Below, one piece after another: positions 30,463 through 40,720 of a stretch of 64,000 nt of DNA. Every line of letters begins with the position of its first letter. Positions within the stretch are counted from its first letter, which is position 1. The notes under the pieces are model-generated. The model saw nothing but the letters and a program-made list of their open reading frames with translations. It was not told where the DNA came from and did no database searches. The position numbers were made by a program, and so were the translations under genes. The stretch is from NCBI GenBank assembly GCA_002448445.1, contig DJYC01000112.1, positions 51,334 to 115,333 of the forward strand, read 5' to 3'. The stretch is from Treponema sp. UBA6988 (lineage in GTDB: Bacteria; Spirochaetota; Spirochaetia; Treponematales; Treponemataceae).

Positions 30463-31608
30463 CTATTCCCCGGAAAGGTCCTCGCCGTTCTTGATTTTTG
30501 CCGCATCCAAAAAGCCCATGCTGTAGATTGTAGTCCTGTTGCGGCCGTGCTGCTTGGAATAGTAGAGCGCAGTGTCTGCCTTCTTAAAGATATAGTTTGG
30601 GTTAACCCCCTTAATATCGTGAATAAGGCAACCGCCAACGCTTATTGTAATTGAAAGCTTCTGGTCATTTTCGTAGAGAACAATGTCTTTTACCGCAAGG
30701 CGTATGCGTTCAGCAATGTTCCAAAGGCTATTTTCATCACATTCGGTCAGCAGTATGGAAAATTCCTCCCCGCCAAAGCGCGCAACGCAGTCGTTCTCGC
30801 GTACAATTTTTTTAAGCGTCTGAGCAAGGGCAAGGAGTACCTTATCACCGCACAAATGCCCATAGGTGTCGTTAAAGTGCTTAAAAAAGTCTATGTCGAT
30901 TATAAGCATTCCTGAATGGCGGTTGTAGCGGCGCAGGTTGCTGATTGCCTCCTCCATGCGGGTGATGAAAAAATCATATGTAAAAAGCCCGGTCTTGGGT
31001 TCGGTAATGCTTATTTCATAGTGAAGGCCGTTCTGCATAGTAACCGCAAGCACGGAAAACATCCTGTGAATATAGAACATTTCGTTGGCGGTAAAGCCGG
31101 AGCCGTCGTTCTTTACGCTTATGTAGATTATGGCGTAGACTCCGCCAATTCCAAGCAGGGGAATCACAAGCGCGGGCTTTAGCTTTAGCAAATCATCAGA
31201 AAAAGTATCCTTGGGAAGCTCGTGAACTAGGTTGCCAAAGGGAACCGCATAGCCGTTGACGGTAGTATTCGCCAGATTGTCAAAATATTCTTCCAGAATG
31301 GAAAAATACTTAGGATCCAGGGTCTTGTCCACTTTCTGCAGGTTTGAATAGTAAAACTGCCTTAGCCCCTTTTTGCGCGGTGGCTTTATCATAAAAACAA
31401 GCGTCTCCGGGACAAAATAATCGTCCAACTTGCTTATCAAAAAGTCAATCATTGAATCGACACGTGTATAAGAGACCAACTGGGAAATGTCTGCAATAGC
31501 CCTGTTCAGTTCCCGGGCCTCGTTTTTCAAGTCCTCAATCCTGAACCAAAGAGCCGCTTCGCTCAGCCGAACGTTCCGGCCGTCCGCTTTCTGTCCATTC
31601 TCGCTCAC
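30463..31608 (-). CDS. Diguanylate cyclase with N-terminal GAF-like region
   Basis: DIDFFKHFNDTYGH, RFGGEEF, ADTALY. Confidence 0.9.
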   Translation of the reverse strand: MSENGQKADGRNVRLSEAALWFRIEDLKNEARELNRAIADISQLVSYTRVDSMIDFLISKLDDYFVPETLVFMIKPPRKKGLRQFYYSNLQKVDKTLDPKYFSILEEYFDNLANTTVNGYAVPFGNLVHELPKDTFSDDLLKLKPALVIPLLGIGGVYAIIYISVKNDGSGFTANEMFYIHRMFSVLAVTMQNGLHYEISITEPKTGLFTYDFFITRMEEAISNLRRYNRHSGMLIIDIDFFKHFNDTYGHLCGDKVLLALAQTLKKIVRENDCVARFGGEEFSILLTECDENSLWNIAERIRLAVKDIVLYENDQKLSITISVGGCLIHDIKGVNPNYIFKKADTALYYSKQHGRNRTTIYSMGFLDAAKIKNGEDLSGE

Positions 31609-31746
31609 AAAACCATTATAGCACACAATATGCAAGTTAGAAAGTCTGTTTTAAAAACAAATGGCATTTTTATATTTTGGACGATGCATAAAGGCGCTCT
31701 ACCATCCGTTCCTTGGCTAAATTCCGGCCTCCGCCACTATGCGCCA

Positions 31747-31831
31747 CGGGCTTTCCGGGGTTCCGTGGGGCCCTGCCCACTCCATTGCCGGGGGCAACGG
31801 GCTTCCGCCCGCCCCTCCAATCCCGCGTAGG
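31747..31831. repeat. Structured repeat copy 5
   Basis: 82/85 identical to the reverse complement of 35188-35272. Confidence 0.9.
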
Positions 31832-31994
31832 CTCATGCCCTCGCAGCGTAGCGTCAAGCGGGCTCTCTAAGGGCCGATGTCTCTTTGCAAACAGGCCCCT
31901 ACGACAGCCAGTTTATAAGGCACAGCAAAGAGCCATCTGTCCACAGCCAAAACACCGGTGGCTATTTACGAAAGCCCATGGACTCCATGCAGGT

Positions 31995-32909
31995 TCAGCG
32001 GGATGATGCCTCCGCTTGCCCCTGGCGGATTATCTCCTGCACCTCGGCTTCTGTTTTGCCTACAAAAGAGGCGATTACCCCTACGGGAATGTTCTTTTCA
32101 TACGCACCAAGGATGTTGCGCCGTGTTGCCTGTTCCATACCAGTTGCAATTCCTTCGGCACGGCCCATCTCCCTGCCATGGTAGATTGCGTCGTTTATGT
32201 AGATGTTCTGCATCATGTACTGCCTCCTGAATTTGTTGGAGCCCTTCACTTCCTTGGAAAGCTCCTCCAGCCTCCGCGTGAATGCGCTCGTGGCGTTGCC
32301 GCTGTCTATGTAGCGAAGCAGGCTCCTTCTCTCGCCGTCACTGTCAGACTCCCACGCACTTACATTATAGAATATCTTTTGGCTTTTGTCGCCAAGTTTC
32401 AGCGTGGCATCCTCAAGGCATACGCTCTCAAAGGTGTAGGCGGGAAGCCTCCTGTCAAAGGGGTCTGCCCGGCAGATGAAGATGACGTAGCCCTGGCACA
32501 GGTCTCCGTAGTCCTGCCCCTTCATCAGCAGGTCCATGTCCAGGAGCCCCTGGTAGTAGCGCATCCTGAGCGGAAGGGATGCATGGGCTACAGTCTGCAT
32601 CTCTATGTTGTAGAGCGTCTTCCCGTCACGGGCAAGCACGTCAAGCCTTATCCCCTTTGAGTCGTAGAAGGGGCTTATGACCTTCTGAAGCTCGGGGTAG
32701 GTTATCTTCCCCGCCCTTATTCCCAAAAGCCTTTCTATTACGCCCTTGCAGACCTCCCTGCGGTACATCAGTGCGCCGAAGAGAAAGTCGTCCGCAAAGG
32801 TCAGCTCCTCCACCGGCTTGAACCTTACCCTGAGTCTCCTGCACTCGCGCTCAAGCTCCGCCGTCTCCAGTCTTTCCAATTCCAAAAGGGATCTTAGTTT
32901 TACTTCCAT
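31995..32909 (-). CDS. Rpn-family recombination-promoting nuclease / PD-(D/E)XK putative transposase
   Basis: DDFLF, IRLDV, NIEMQ, RMRYYQ, C-terminal GREMGRAEG. Confidence 0.9.
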   Translation of the reverse strand: MEVKLRSLLELERLETAELERECRRLRVRFKPVEELTFADDFLFGALMYRREVCKGVIERLLGIRAGKITYPELQKVISPFYDSKGIRLDVLARDGKTLYNIEMQTVAHASLPLRMRYYQGLLDMDLLMKGQDYGDLCQGYVIFICRADPFDRRLPAYTFESVCLEDATLKLGDKSQKIFYNVSAWESDSDGERRSLLRYIDSGNATSAFTRRLEELSKEVKGSNKFRRQYMMQNIYINDAIYHGREMGRAEGIATGMEQATRRNILGAYEKNIPVGVIASFVGKTEAEVQEIIRQGQAEASSR

Positions 32910-33011
32910 ACACTTATATATTTGTCATTAGAATTCCGAAAACTGACACATTTGCGAAGATTTTTTTGTTTTTTTGCTGCAGGGTGGCCAGCTTGCGGGT
33001 ATAGCCCAAGT

Positions 33012-33096
33012 GCCACTTCTTATTTGCAAACAGCTCCCTTCGACTGGCTCAGGGAGCGGGTGGGGGCGGATTCTTTTTGTTGCAAAAAAACACCCC
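33012..33096. repeat. REP-like unit TTGCAAACA..CCCTTCGACTGGCTCAGGG
   Basis: Matches units at 34880-34945 and 35121-35165. Confidence 0.8.
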
Positions 33097-33332
33097 AAAA
33101 CACCTATTATTAATTCTGCTATATGACAGTATTGTAAGCCTGTAACTTGTTACAATACAGATATTTACCTAGGGTGGTCAAAAATATAACAAAAAATTAT
33201 TTTTGGCTGAAAATTTTATTGCAATAGTCTTAAATTCTGACACTCAGAAAAATGTTAAATTTACCAACAAAATGTTACTTTTTAAACATTTCGGGTCATT
33301 TTTACCCACTTTTCTTCAATACTACTTACAGA

Positions 33333-34694
33333 ATGGCAGCTTTCGCAGCTGTCTCTTTCGCAGAAGGTATCACATTTGGTGCTTGGATGCGCGCACTTGC
33401 TGCTCCTGTAGCAAACAACGGTGACGAGACAATCACAGCCGCTGGTAACTCTTGGGGCGGAGCTGCTCGCGTAGGTGGCTTGAACATTACTGGTGTAGCT
33501 CCTGACGGAAACGCTGGTTTCAACATGGCCTACCGCAACAATGCAGACATGAGCATGACTGCTGGCGATGAAGCAAACCTCTGGGTAAAGCCTTTGGACA
33601 TCGTAAAGGTTTCTTACGGTAAGTATGACAACAACACTCTCCGCGGCGACGTATGCTACGGTTCATGGAACTGGATGCGTCCGAACGCTTGGATTGCAGG
33701 AGATGAAGGTCTTTTGATGAGCGGAAACGGAGGCACTGGTCTTCTTGCAGAAATCACACCAATGGAAAACCTCTACATCCAGGCTCTTGTTCCTATCACA
33801 GACAAGAACGTAAAGGCTGGCGAGACATACAAGAATCTCCGCGCAGGTTTTGCTTACACAGTACCGGGTCTTGTAAAGGTTAAGGGACAGTACATCGGTA
33901 AGGGTGCTGCTTCTACAGATGGAACACCTGCTAAAGATGCTACAACAGGAAAGTGGTTTGATAAAGACGGAAAAGATGTTACAGCAACATACACAGCTCC
34001 TGCTACACCAGCTGCCTATGAAGATGCTTTGGCTGCAGGTTACAAATACACACCTGGCACACCAGCTGTTGCTGCAAAAGATGGTGAAGACGGAAACAGC
34101 AACTGCACACTCGAAGCAGAAGTTGACGTTCTTGCTGTAGAAGGTCTCTTCGCTGGTGTTGGTTTCCAGTACAACGTTGTAAAAGACGGTGACGATAAAA
34201 AATTAGATTTGACCGGATGGAACGCTAAAGATTCTGCAAACCCTGCAAAGCTTGCTGATGCAACAGTTAGTCAGAAGACAAAGATGAAGATTGCAGCTGG
34301 TGCTTCTTATCAGGTTATGCCAGAGCTCAAGGTTTCTGCAAGCGGTGCTTTCTTCACATTTTACAAGATGGCTGGCGAAAAGCTTGACCCACGCTTCCAG
34401 GCTGGCCTTGGTGTAGACTATGACCTTGGCGACGGTCTTGTTGCAAACGCAGACGTACGCTATATGTCACCTGCAAAGAAAGATGGTGAAAAAGACGACA
34501 AGTTCTCTGGTGACAGAATTGCATTCTCTGTTGGTGTACAGAAGAACGTATCTTCTAACGGCTACATCGGAGTTGCATTCCAGGGTGCAACAAACAGCGG
34601 CAACCTCGCTTCTGTTGAGGGTGTACCGAACGATGACAAAGAATACAAGAACTTCGTATGGGCAGTTCCTGTTGCAATCTCTGTATACTTCTAA
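33333..34694 (+). CDS. Putative outer-membrane beta-barrel (porin / major sheath-like) protein; 5' end uncertain
   Basis: Amphipathic strands, C-terminal ISVYF, highly biased codons; signal peptide only MAAFAAVSFA. Confidence 0.7.
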   Translation: MAAFAAVSFAEGITFGAWMRALAAPVANNGDETITAAGNSWGGAARVGGLNITGVAPDGNAGFNMAYRNNADMSMTAGDEANLWVKPLDIVKVSYGKYDNNTLRGDVCYGSWNWMRPNAWIAGDEGLLMSGNGGTGLLAEITPMENLYIQALVPITDKNVKAGETYKNLRAGFAYTVPGLVKVKGQYIGKGAASTDGTPAKDATTGKWFDKDGKDVTATYTAPATPAAYEDALAAGYKYTPGTPAVAAKDGEDGNSNCTLEAEVDVLAVEGLFAGVGFQYNVVKDGDDKKLDLTGWNAKDSANPAKLADATVSQKTKMKIAAGASYQVMPELKVSASGAFFTFYKMAGEKLDPRFQAGLGVDYDLGDGLVANADVRYMSPAKKDGEKDDKFSGDRIAFSVGVQKNVSSNGYIGVAFQGATNSGNLASVEGVPNDDKEYKNFVWAVPVAISVYF

Positions 34695-34727
34695 TCTAGC
34701 GTAGAAAAAGCTACACTAACCTAACCA

Positions 34728-34759
34728 AAAAAGGTCACTGGTTCGCCAGTGGCCTTTTC
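34728..34759 (+). terminator. Intrinsic terminator
   Basis: AAAAGGTCACTGG ttcg CCAGTGGCCTTTT. Confidence 0.85.
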
Positions 34760-34799
34760 TGTTTTTAAACCTTGCGCAAACCACATTCCATAGCAAAGC

Positions 34800-35272
34800 A
34801 CCCCGGTCCCTGAGCCTGTCGAAGGGCCGTCACTTCTTTGCAGACACGCCCCTTCGAGAGCCTCAGGGAGCGGCACATCTTTGCAAACAAGTTCCCTTCG
34901 ACAGCCTCTGGGAACGGATTTTTTTGTTGCAAAAAAGCGCCTCCCCGACGAAAAACCGCCATTTTAACAAAGAACCGTCATGCTGAACTTGATTCAGCAT
35001 CTGTAAACCATTCAGCCACAACTTACACAGACCCTGAAATTACTTGCTCGCAAGTGCGTTCAGGGTGACAATGCCCTCTGCACTCGCAGCGTAGCGTCAA
35101 GCGGGCTCTCGAAGGGCCGACACTTCTTTGCAAACAGGCTCCCTTCGACTGGCTCAGGGAACGGGCACCGATGTGGCATTGCAGCAACCTACGCGGGATT
35201 GGAGGGGCGGGCGGAAGCCCGTTGCCCTAGGCAATGGAGTGGGTAGGGCCCCACGGAACCCCGGAAAGCCCG
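34800..35272. repeat. Mosaic cluster of REP-like palindromes ending in structured repeat copy 6
   Basis: Four CCCTTCGA..CTCAGGG-type units, a GTCATGCTGAACTTGATTCAGCATCT...CCCTGAAAT..TTCAGGGTGAC doublet, and the 35188-35272 element. Confidence 0.85.
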
Positions 35273-35397
35273 TAATAAAGGACCTGGATGCCGAATTAGC
35301 AGATGCCTGGCTTGTATTCAAGAGAAAGCACGTCCAGAAGAGAATAATAAGAAAAAATCAAGAAGACAAAGCGGCAAAAATATTCTATACTGTTCAA

Positions 35398-37695
35398 ATG
35401 GAAGATTCCAACGCAAAGGTTAATGTCATTATCATTCAGCCGCCGCTTGTTCAGCTTAACACGGCATATCCTTCGGGCGCATATCTGAGCGCTTTTTTTA
35501 AGGGGGAAAAGGCCTTTGCAAGTTGGCACGACCTTAGTATTGCCCTTGTCAATTCAATTTTCTGCAGGAAGGGGCTTGAAAGGCTCTTTTGCCTAACGGA
35601 AAAAAAGGCACTGGAACTTGCAGACAGCTTTGAAAAAAGCGGACAGGACTTTGCGGCAAATAACCTAAGGCGCTACATCCTGCAAAAGGACCTGTGGATT
35701 TCCTGGATAGACAGCATCATGGCCATGCTTCGCGACGGGTCTAAATCTTCTTCGCGAGAACTTACCCACAAATTTGTCTTTTCCCCCTTTGTACCACGCG
35801 GTATGCGGATGGAAAGCTACCTTGAAAAACTTGATGCCATGCCCACCGCAGACGATGCAAGAAACTTGGCAGGGGCAGCTTTGGAAGACCTTGCCGACTA
35901 CATAAGCGTTGCCTTTGACAAGGACTTTTCCCTGATTCGGTATGCGGAATCAATCGCCGTAAGCGGTAAAAAATTCAGCGACATAGAAAGCAGCCTTGAT
36001 TCACCCCTGCTGAATGAATTTTACAGAGGCCTTTTGGGGGAAGTCTTTTGCCCGGGCGGAATTGAAGACAAGAAGATTCAGGAGCAGGCGGAAAAGGGAA
36101 GAAGGACGCTGGTCTGCATTTCAGTTCCCTTTGCAGGAACATTTACGCCGGCGCTTTTTACCGGAAGGTTCTTAAAGGAACGCTACGGAAGCAAGGTATT
36201 CACTTCCTTTGGAGGGGGCTTCATAAACACAGAGCTCAGGGAATTTGACTTGCCGGAATTTGAGCGCTATGCAGACGCAATATCGCTTGACCGGGGCTAC
36301 GGTTCCTACAAGCGGCTTTTGGAAAGCGGAATCCTTTCCTCCATGGAATTTCCCGGCAAAAGTTCCTCAGGCGGCGGAATTTACAAGATGCGCCTTTGGA
36401 CTCAAAACGGCACGATAGCCCCCAAGGAAAGCGACAGAGAAATGGCCGACTTTGAAAGCAGGGTAACCTCAAGCCTTGTTCCCGACTATTCCGACATAGA
36501 CTTTTCCCTTTACCCCCGCATGGCAGACGACACAAACCCAATGCAAAGGCTATGGTCGGACGGAAGCTGGATAAAGGCTTACCTTGCCCACGGCTGCTAC
36601 TGGCACAAATGCGCTTTCTGCGACGTTACGCTGGACTACGTTTGCTCCTACAAAATGACCGATGTTGAGCATTTGTATCAAGGTCTTTCCCAAGTAGCAA
36701 AAGAAAAAGGAGTCTACGGCATTCACTTTGTGGACGAAGCCCTTCCCCCTTCTGGTCTTGTACGATTTGCAAAACTCAACTTAAAGAATTCCGCACCCCT
36801 TTCCTACTGGGGCAATGTACGCTTTGAAAAAGTCTATTCACGCGACATGGCAGACTTACTATGCCTGGGTGGACTCACCGGCGTAAGCGGCGGAATAGAA
36901 ATTGCGACCGGCAGCGGCCTTGACAAAATTAGCAAGGGCACCGACCTGGATTCAATCGTAAGTGCATGCTGTGCCTTTAAGGAAGCGGGAATCCTAATAC
37001 ACGCCTACATGATTTACGGCTACTTTGGGGAAAGCGCCCAGGACACAATAAATTCCATGGAAACGCTGAGGCAGTTCTTTGAGCTGGGACTCTTGGACTC
37101 ATGCTTCTGGCACAAATTTGTCCTTACCCGCCATTCGCGCATCTACGACGAATGGAAGCGAGGCCTTCACCCAGAACTTTGCCCGGAAGAAGAAAAAAGT
37201 TCGGGCCTCTTTGCAAAAAACGGAATGCATTTTAAGGGCGAAAACGATTCAAAAAAATTCGGCAGGGGACTCAACCTCGCACTCCAGTCATGGATGCACG
37301 GAGAAAAAATCGGAATGAAGGTTGGCAACTGGTTCGACTTTAAAACCCCGGAGCCAAGCGTTCCAAAAAAGCTTGTCCAAAAGGCAGTGGAAAAATACGA
37401 AATGCGGCGAAAGTCGGAATGGAAGTCAGCCCTTAACATAAAAAAATGCCTCTGGCTCACAAGCATCCCCATCGAACGCAAAGGCAAACTCGAATGGCAA
37501 TACATGCAGGAGCCCTACACCACAGCCCTTCCTCCGGCAGCGAAAGCCCAGGCTGCAAAAAGCTTTCTCTTTGCACTTGGCCAGCTGTCTGCACAGGTCC
37601 AGCAGAGCGGTCCAATGGAAGAATTTACCGCCGAAAACCCGGACTTTCTCCAAGTCCTTCAAGGTATGCGAGGCAAGGGCCTTGTGCAAGTTTAG
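35398..37695 (+). CDS. Radical SAM protein (B12-binding / YgiQ-like large family)
   Basis: QLNTAYPS, HGCYWHKCAFCD (CX3CX2C), HFVDEA, HAYMIYG. Confidence 0.85.
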   Translation: MEDSNAKVNVIIIQPPLVQLNTAYPSGAYLSAFFKGEKAFASWHDLSIALVNSIFCRKGLERLFCLTEKKALELADSFEKSGQDFAANNLRRYILQKDLWISWIDSIMAMLRDGSKSSSRELTHKFVFSPFVPRGMRMESYLEKLDAMPTADDARNLAGAALEDLADYISVAFDKDFSLIRYAESIAVSGKKFSDIESSLDSPLLNEFYRGLLGEVFCPGGIEDKKIQEQAEKGRRTLVCISVPFAGTFTPALFTGRFLKERYGSKVFTSFGGGFINTELREFDLPEFERYADAISLDRGYGSYKRLLESGILSSMEFPGKSSSGGGIYKMRLWTQNGTIAPKESDREMADFESRVTSSLVPDYSDIDFSLYPRMADDTNPMQRLWSDGSWIKAYLAHGCYWHKCAFCDVTLDYVCSYKMTDVEHLYQGLSQVAKEKGVYGIHFVDEALPPSGLVRFAKLNLKNSAPLSYWGNVRFEKVYSRDMADLLCLGGLTGVSGGIEIATGSGLDKISKGTDLDSIVSACCAFKEAGILIHAYMIYGYFGESAQDTINSMETLRQFFELGLLDSCFWHKFVLTRHSRIYDEWKRGLHPELCPEEEKSSGLFAKNGMHFKGENDSKKFGRGLNLALQSWMHGEKIGMKVGNWFDFKTPEPSVPKKLVQKAVEKYEMRRKSEWKSALNIKKCLWLTSIPIERKGKLEWQYMQEPYTTALPPAAKAQAAKSFLFALGQLSAQVQQSGPMEEFTAENPDFLQVLQGMRGKGLVQV

Positions 37696-37709
37696 CTTAT
37701 TCTTTTGAA

Positions 37710-37787
37710 TTTGGACGGCATGCCAATTTTAACTGTGTCCAGCACTGCATGACCGGTTACACCGCCCTTACAATCGGGTGTAGGCTC
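37710..37787. repeat. Internally deleted composite repeat (partial copy 7)
   Basis: TGGACGGCATGCC..AACTGTGTCC.. fused to GCCCTTACAATCGGGTGTAGG. Confidence 0.7.
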
Positions 37788-37806
37788 AAATGCCTTACAA
37801 TGAGGA

Positions 37807-38028
37807 TTAGACATAGCGCAGGACAATAAAGCCCAAGACAAGCATAATCACAAAGAGGGCAAGGCAAACTATCATGCAAAACAAATGCTTTCTTAGCTTG
37901 GTCTTTGGAACGGACTCAGAACATCCCTTTATATAACAGATGAGTTCTATGACAGCAACTACAAAAAGCACGATGGGGGCAGAAAAAATTATGCCCCCCG
38001 TAAAAACAAAGACTGGAATTAAAGACAA
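37807..38028 (-). CDS. Small two-TM hypothetical protein
   Basis: GAAGGAG RBS; two hydrophobic segments. Confidence 0.55.
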   Translation of the reverse strand: MSLIPVFVFTGGIIFSAPIVLFVVAVIELICYIKGCSESVPKTKLRKHLFCMIVCLALFVIMLVLGFIVLRYV

Positions 38029-38055
38029 AAGCCACTCCCTTCTTTTAGAGTTTTC

Positions 38056-39003
38056 TTACGACTGTGTGTATTCAACCTTTTCGCCAAATCGACCGGCATT
38101 TCCCCGTTCAAAGAATACCAGCACGTCTTTTGCAAAGCTTTCGTCGATTGCGCTGCGGTAGTTGTTGATTGCGGCCACATAGTCAAGCGTTGAGTGAGGC
38201 GTATTGTTTGCGCTCACCTTTGCGGCACCGGCATTGTACATTGCAAGGGCGGTAACTTCGTTTCCGGCGGTTCTGAGGAAATAGTTAAGGTGCTTGAGGC
38301 CCTTCAAAGCTGAAATCTTGGGGTTAAAGAATTCCTCTTCTGTAAGGTTGGGGAAGGCATTGCTGTTGAGCTGGAAAAGGCCGCGGTCTATTGAACCGTT
38401 CTTGTTCACGTGGGAAGCATAGGGCTTAAAGTGGCTTTCTGCATAAGCAAGGGAAAATGCCAGTGAAAGCGGAATGTTGTATGTCTCTGCAGCATCAAGG
38501 ATTGCAATTGCAGTTTCGCGGTTGCCTGTTACCTGGTAGTAAAAACCCTCAACAGCTGCGCGGGTCTGGGGCTGGCGGTAAAGGAGCAAGCCCAGGTCTT
38601 CACGGTTGGCGGCATTTGGATGCAGTGAAAGGGATGCGGTTCCAGCTCCCCTGGTAAATTTTGCGGGAAGGGCATGGGAAGAATTGTCCCTTGCTGCAAG
38701 CTGGGCGAAGAAGTCCGGGGCATCAAGAGAAAGTTGTGCATCAGCGGCAAGTTCTGCGGGGGCAGCATCTTCAGAAGCTGCATCCTTGGTAGGGCTAACT
38801 TCAACTGACTGAACTTTTTCAGTGCTTACGCTTGAATTTGATGCAACAGGGGAAAGGCTGCTGAATTCTGCATTTGGAAGATAGAAATAGATGAAGGAAC
38901 AGACGGCAGCAAACAAGGCGCAGAAAAAGGCTGAGTTAAAAATAAGCCTTATCACATTTGTGCGCTCAGCGGTCTGGTAATAATCAATGCGCTCACAAGT
39001 CAT
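38056..39003 (-). CDS. SLT-domain lytic transglycosylase
   Basis: AES, GLFQLN, AMYNAG; N-terminal TM. Confidence 0.9.
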   Translation of the reverse strand: MTCERIDYYQTAERTNVIRLIFNSAFFCALFAAVCSFIYFYLPNAEFSSLSPVASNSSVSTEKVQSVEVSPTKDAASEDAAPAELAADAQLSLDAPDFFAQLAARDNSSHALPAKFTRGAGTASLSLHPNAANREDLGLLLYRQPQTRAAVEGFYYQVTGNRETAIAILDAAETYNIPLSLAFSLAYAESHFKPYASHVNKNGSIDRGLFQLNSNAFPNLTEEEFFNPKISALKGLKHLNYFLRTAGNEVTALAMYNAGAAKVSANNTPHSTLDYVAAINNYRSAIDESFAKDVLVFFERGNAGRFGEKVEYTQS

Positions 39004-39235
39004 TGAAGTCTCCTTAAAAATAAAACCCCTCTCATCTCTCCGAATTTATTGCAAAGATATTGGCACAATTTCGGATTTTAGGCAAGTGAATTTTGGAGAA
39101 ATTCGATGAAATTCATAAGTTTTTTTCGAAATTTCCTGCTTTTTCGTTGAAAACTATGCGCTTTTTTACCAAAACTTACAGTTTGAATTTAGACTTTGCC
39201 GTTTTTTCACAGCATTTGCTCCTTCTGAACCTAAC

Positions 39236-40687
39236 CTACATTACAAATTTATTCGAAGGCTGCTCAAGCCACCACGCTGTATATGGAATTGAGCAGTGTT
39301 TTTTTAGACCTTGGGTAAAACTTTTGTTGTTAAACAAGTCTGCAATATTCCTTGCAAAATTATAAAGCCCTTCGTAACCGAACATCTGGTATTCGTCGGT
39401 AAGCTGAACTACCGGAATGCCCATCTTTGTTACAAATGGACGCGTACCCGGATGGCGCACAATGTAAAGGTCAGGTTTTTCCCTGTTCAGGATATTCAAG
39501 AGCTCGTGGTTCTGCAAATCAATAATCGAAAGCTTTAAGTCCGGGTGAGACTTTTCTATATGGGTCAAAGTGTCAGGAATCGTCTGGTCATCGTATTTTG
39601 AATCGTGATGCCAGGAAAGGGCAGCCTTTACCGTAATCCCTATTTCACCAAGAACGCGGACTGCTTCGTATGTAAAGCCTGGACCTGCTGCAATCACGGC
39701 TGTTTTTCCGGCAAAAAGCTTTTTAAAACCTTCAATTTTTGAAAGATATTTCTCGCGCTCTTCCCGGATAATTTCTTCTGCAATTTCTTCCTTATGAAGG
39801 ATTCGTGCAATGTCGCGAAGCCAGGTGTCAAAGCCTTCAATTCCGTTGCCGTTAATCGTCTTTACATAGGGGACGCCGTAGAGCTGCTCAAGTGCGTTTC
39901 CAAGGTACGGGCTCAGAGCACCGCAGGAACTTACGGTTGCAAGGCTTTCGCTCATGTGGGAAAGCTCTTCAATCGTGGAATTTGCATACAAGAAAAGCGG
40001 CTCTGCATCAAAGCGCTTGAATATCTTTGTGATATACGGCCTTATGCTTTCCTCAAAATTCTTAAAGTTGATGATGTTGCGCTTTTGCTTTGGTGGCTTT
40101 ACGATGTACTTCATTATAACGTAATCGCTTATGTCAAATCCAGTTGCCCAGACTTTGCTTTTTATTCCTTCGCAGTGAACGGGAATAACCGGCACCGGAA
40201 GTTTTTTATCAAACTCATCTGCAACAGCATCGATGTCTTCGCCGATAATCCCCGTAACACAGCCGGTGCAGATAAAAATTGCATCAGACGGATAACGGTC
40301 CCAGGCTTCCTGCACGGTTTTCCTCAATTTGTTTGCCGCCCCAAAAACCGTATCGCCTTCAGTCAGGTTAGTGCAAAGATATTTTGTATTCCATTTTTTT
40401 CCGATTCTTGCCGCAAGCCCGGAATAAAGAGCCGTCCACCGCGGAACAAATGCACTGCAGCCTATCGGCGTATGATAGACAATCGTAACATTGCGTATGC
40501 TGCTTATCTGGTCCATTACCATTACAGAAAGACAGGTATTGTTTTGTGAAAAGCAGCGCTCACAATTTTTTAATGAACACTTCCTTGTCCCTTCAATCAA
40601 AGATTTTACGTCACCTGTAAACGAAAGTACAGACTTAAGGCGGATTTCGCGAATGGAAATTTCAGAATTGGATAAGTTAAAAGCCAT
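39236..40687 (-). CDS. Nitrogenase component-1 alpha-like (NifD/NifE/MarD-like) oxidoreductase
   Basis: FSQNNTC, HTPIGC, TNLTEGDTVFG, CVTGIIGEDID, SSCGAL, RHPG, FGYEG. Confidence 0.9.
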   Translation of the reverse strand: MAFNLSNSEISIREIRLKSVLSFTGDVKSLIEGTRKCSLKNCERCFSQNNTCLSVMVMDQISSIRNVTIVYHTPIGCSAFVPRWTALYSGLAARIGKKWNTKYLCTNLTEGDTVFGAANKLRKTVQEAWDRYPSDAIFICTGCVTGIIGEDIDAVADEFDKKLPVPVIPVHCEGIKSKVWATGFDISDYVIMKYIVKPPKQKRNIINFKNFEESIRPYITKIFKRFDAEPLFLYANSTIEELSHMSESLATVSSCGALSPYLGNALEQLYGVPYVKTINGNGIEGFDTWLRDIARILHKEEIAEEIIREEREKYLSKIEGFKKLFAGKTAVIAAGPGFTYEAVRVLGEIGITVKAALSWHHDSKYDDQTIPDTLTHIEKSHPDLKLSIIDLQNHELLNILNREKPDLYIVRHPGTRPFVTKMGIPVVQLTDEYQMFGYEGLYNFARNIADLFNNKSFTQGLKKHCSIPYTAWWLEQPSNKFVM

Positions 40688-40720
40688 ATTTTTCCCCTTT
40701 ACTTAAATTAGATGGTTAAG

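Noticed and set aside
35128-35397. N-terminal extensions in the ORF track (also 8907-9044, 22339-22548)
   Set aside because: They run through repeat DNA, promoters or the neighbouring gene; better starts lie downstream.
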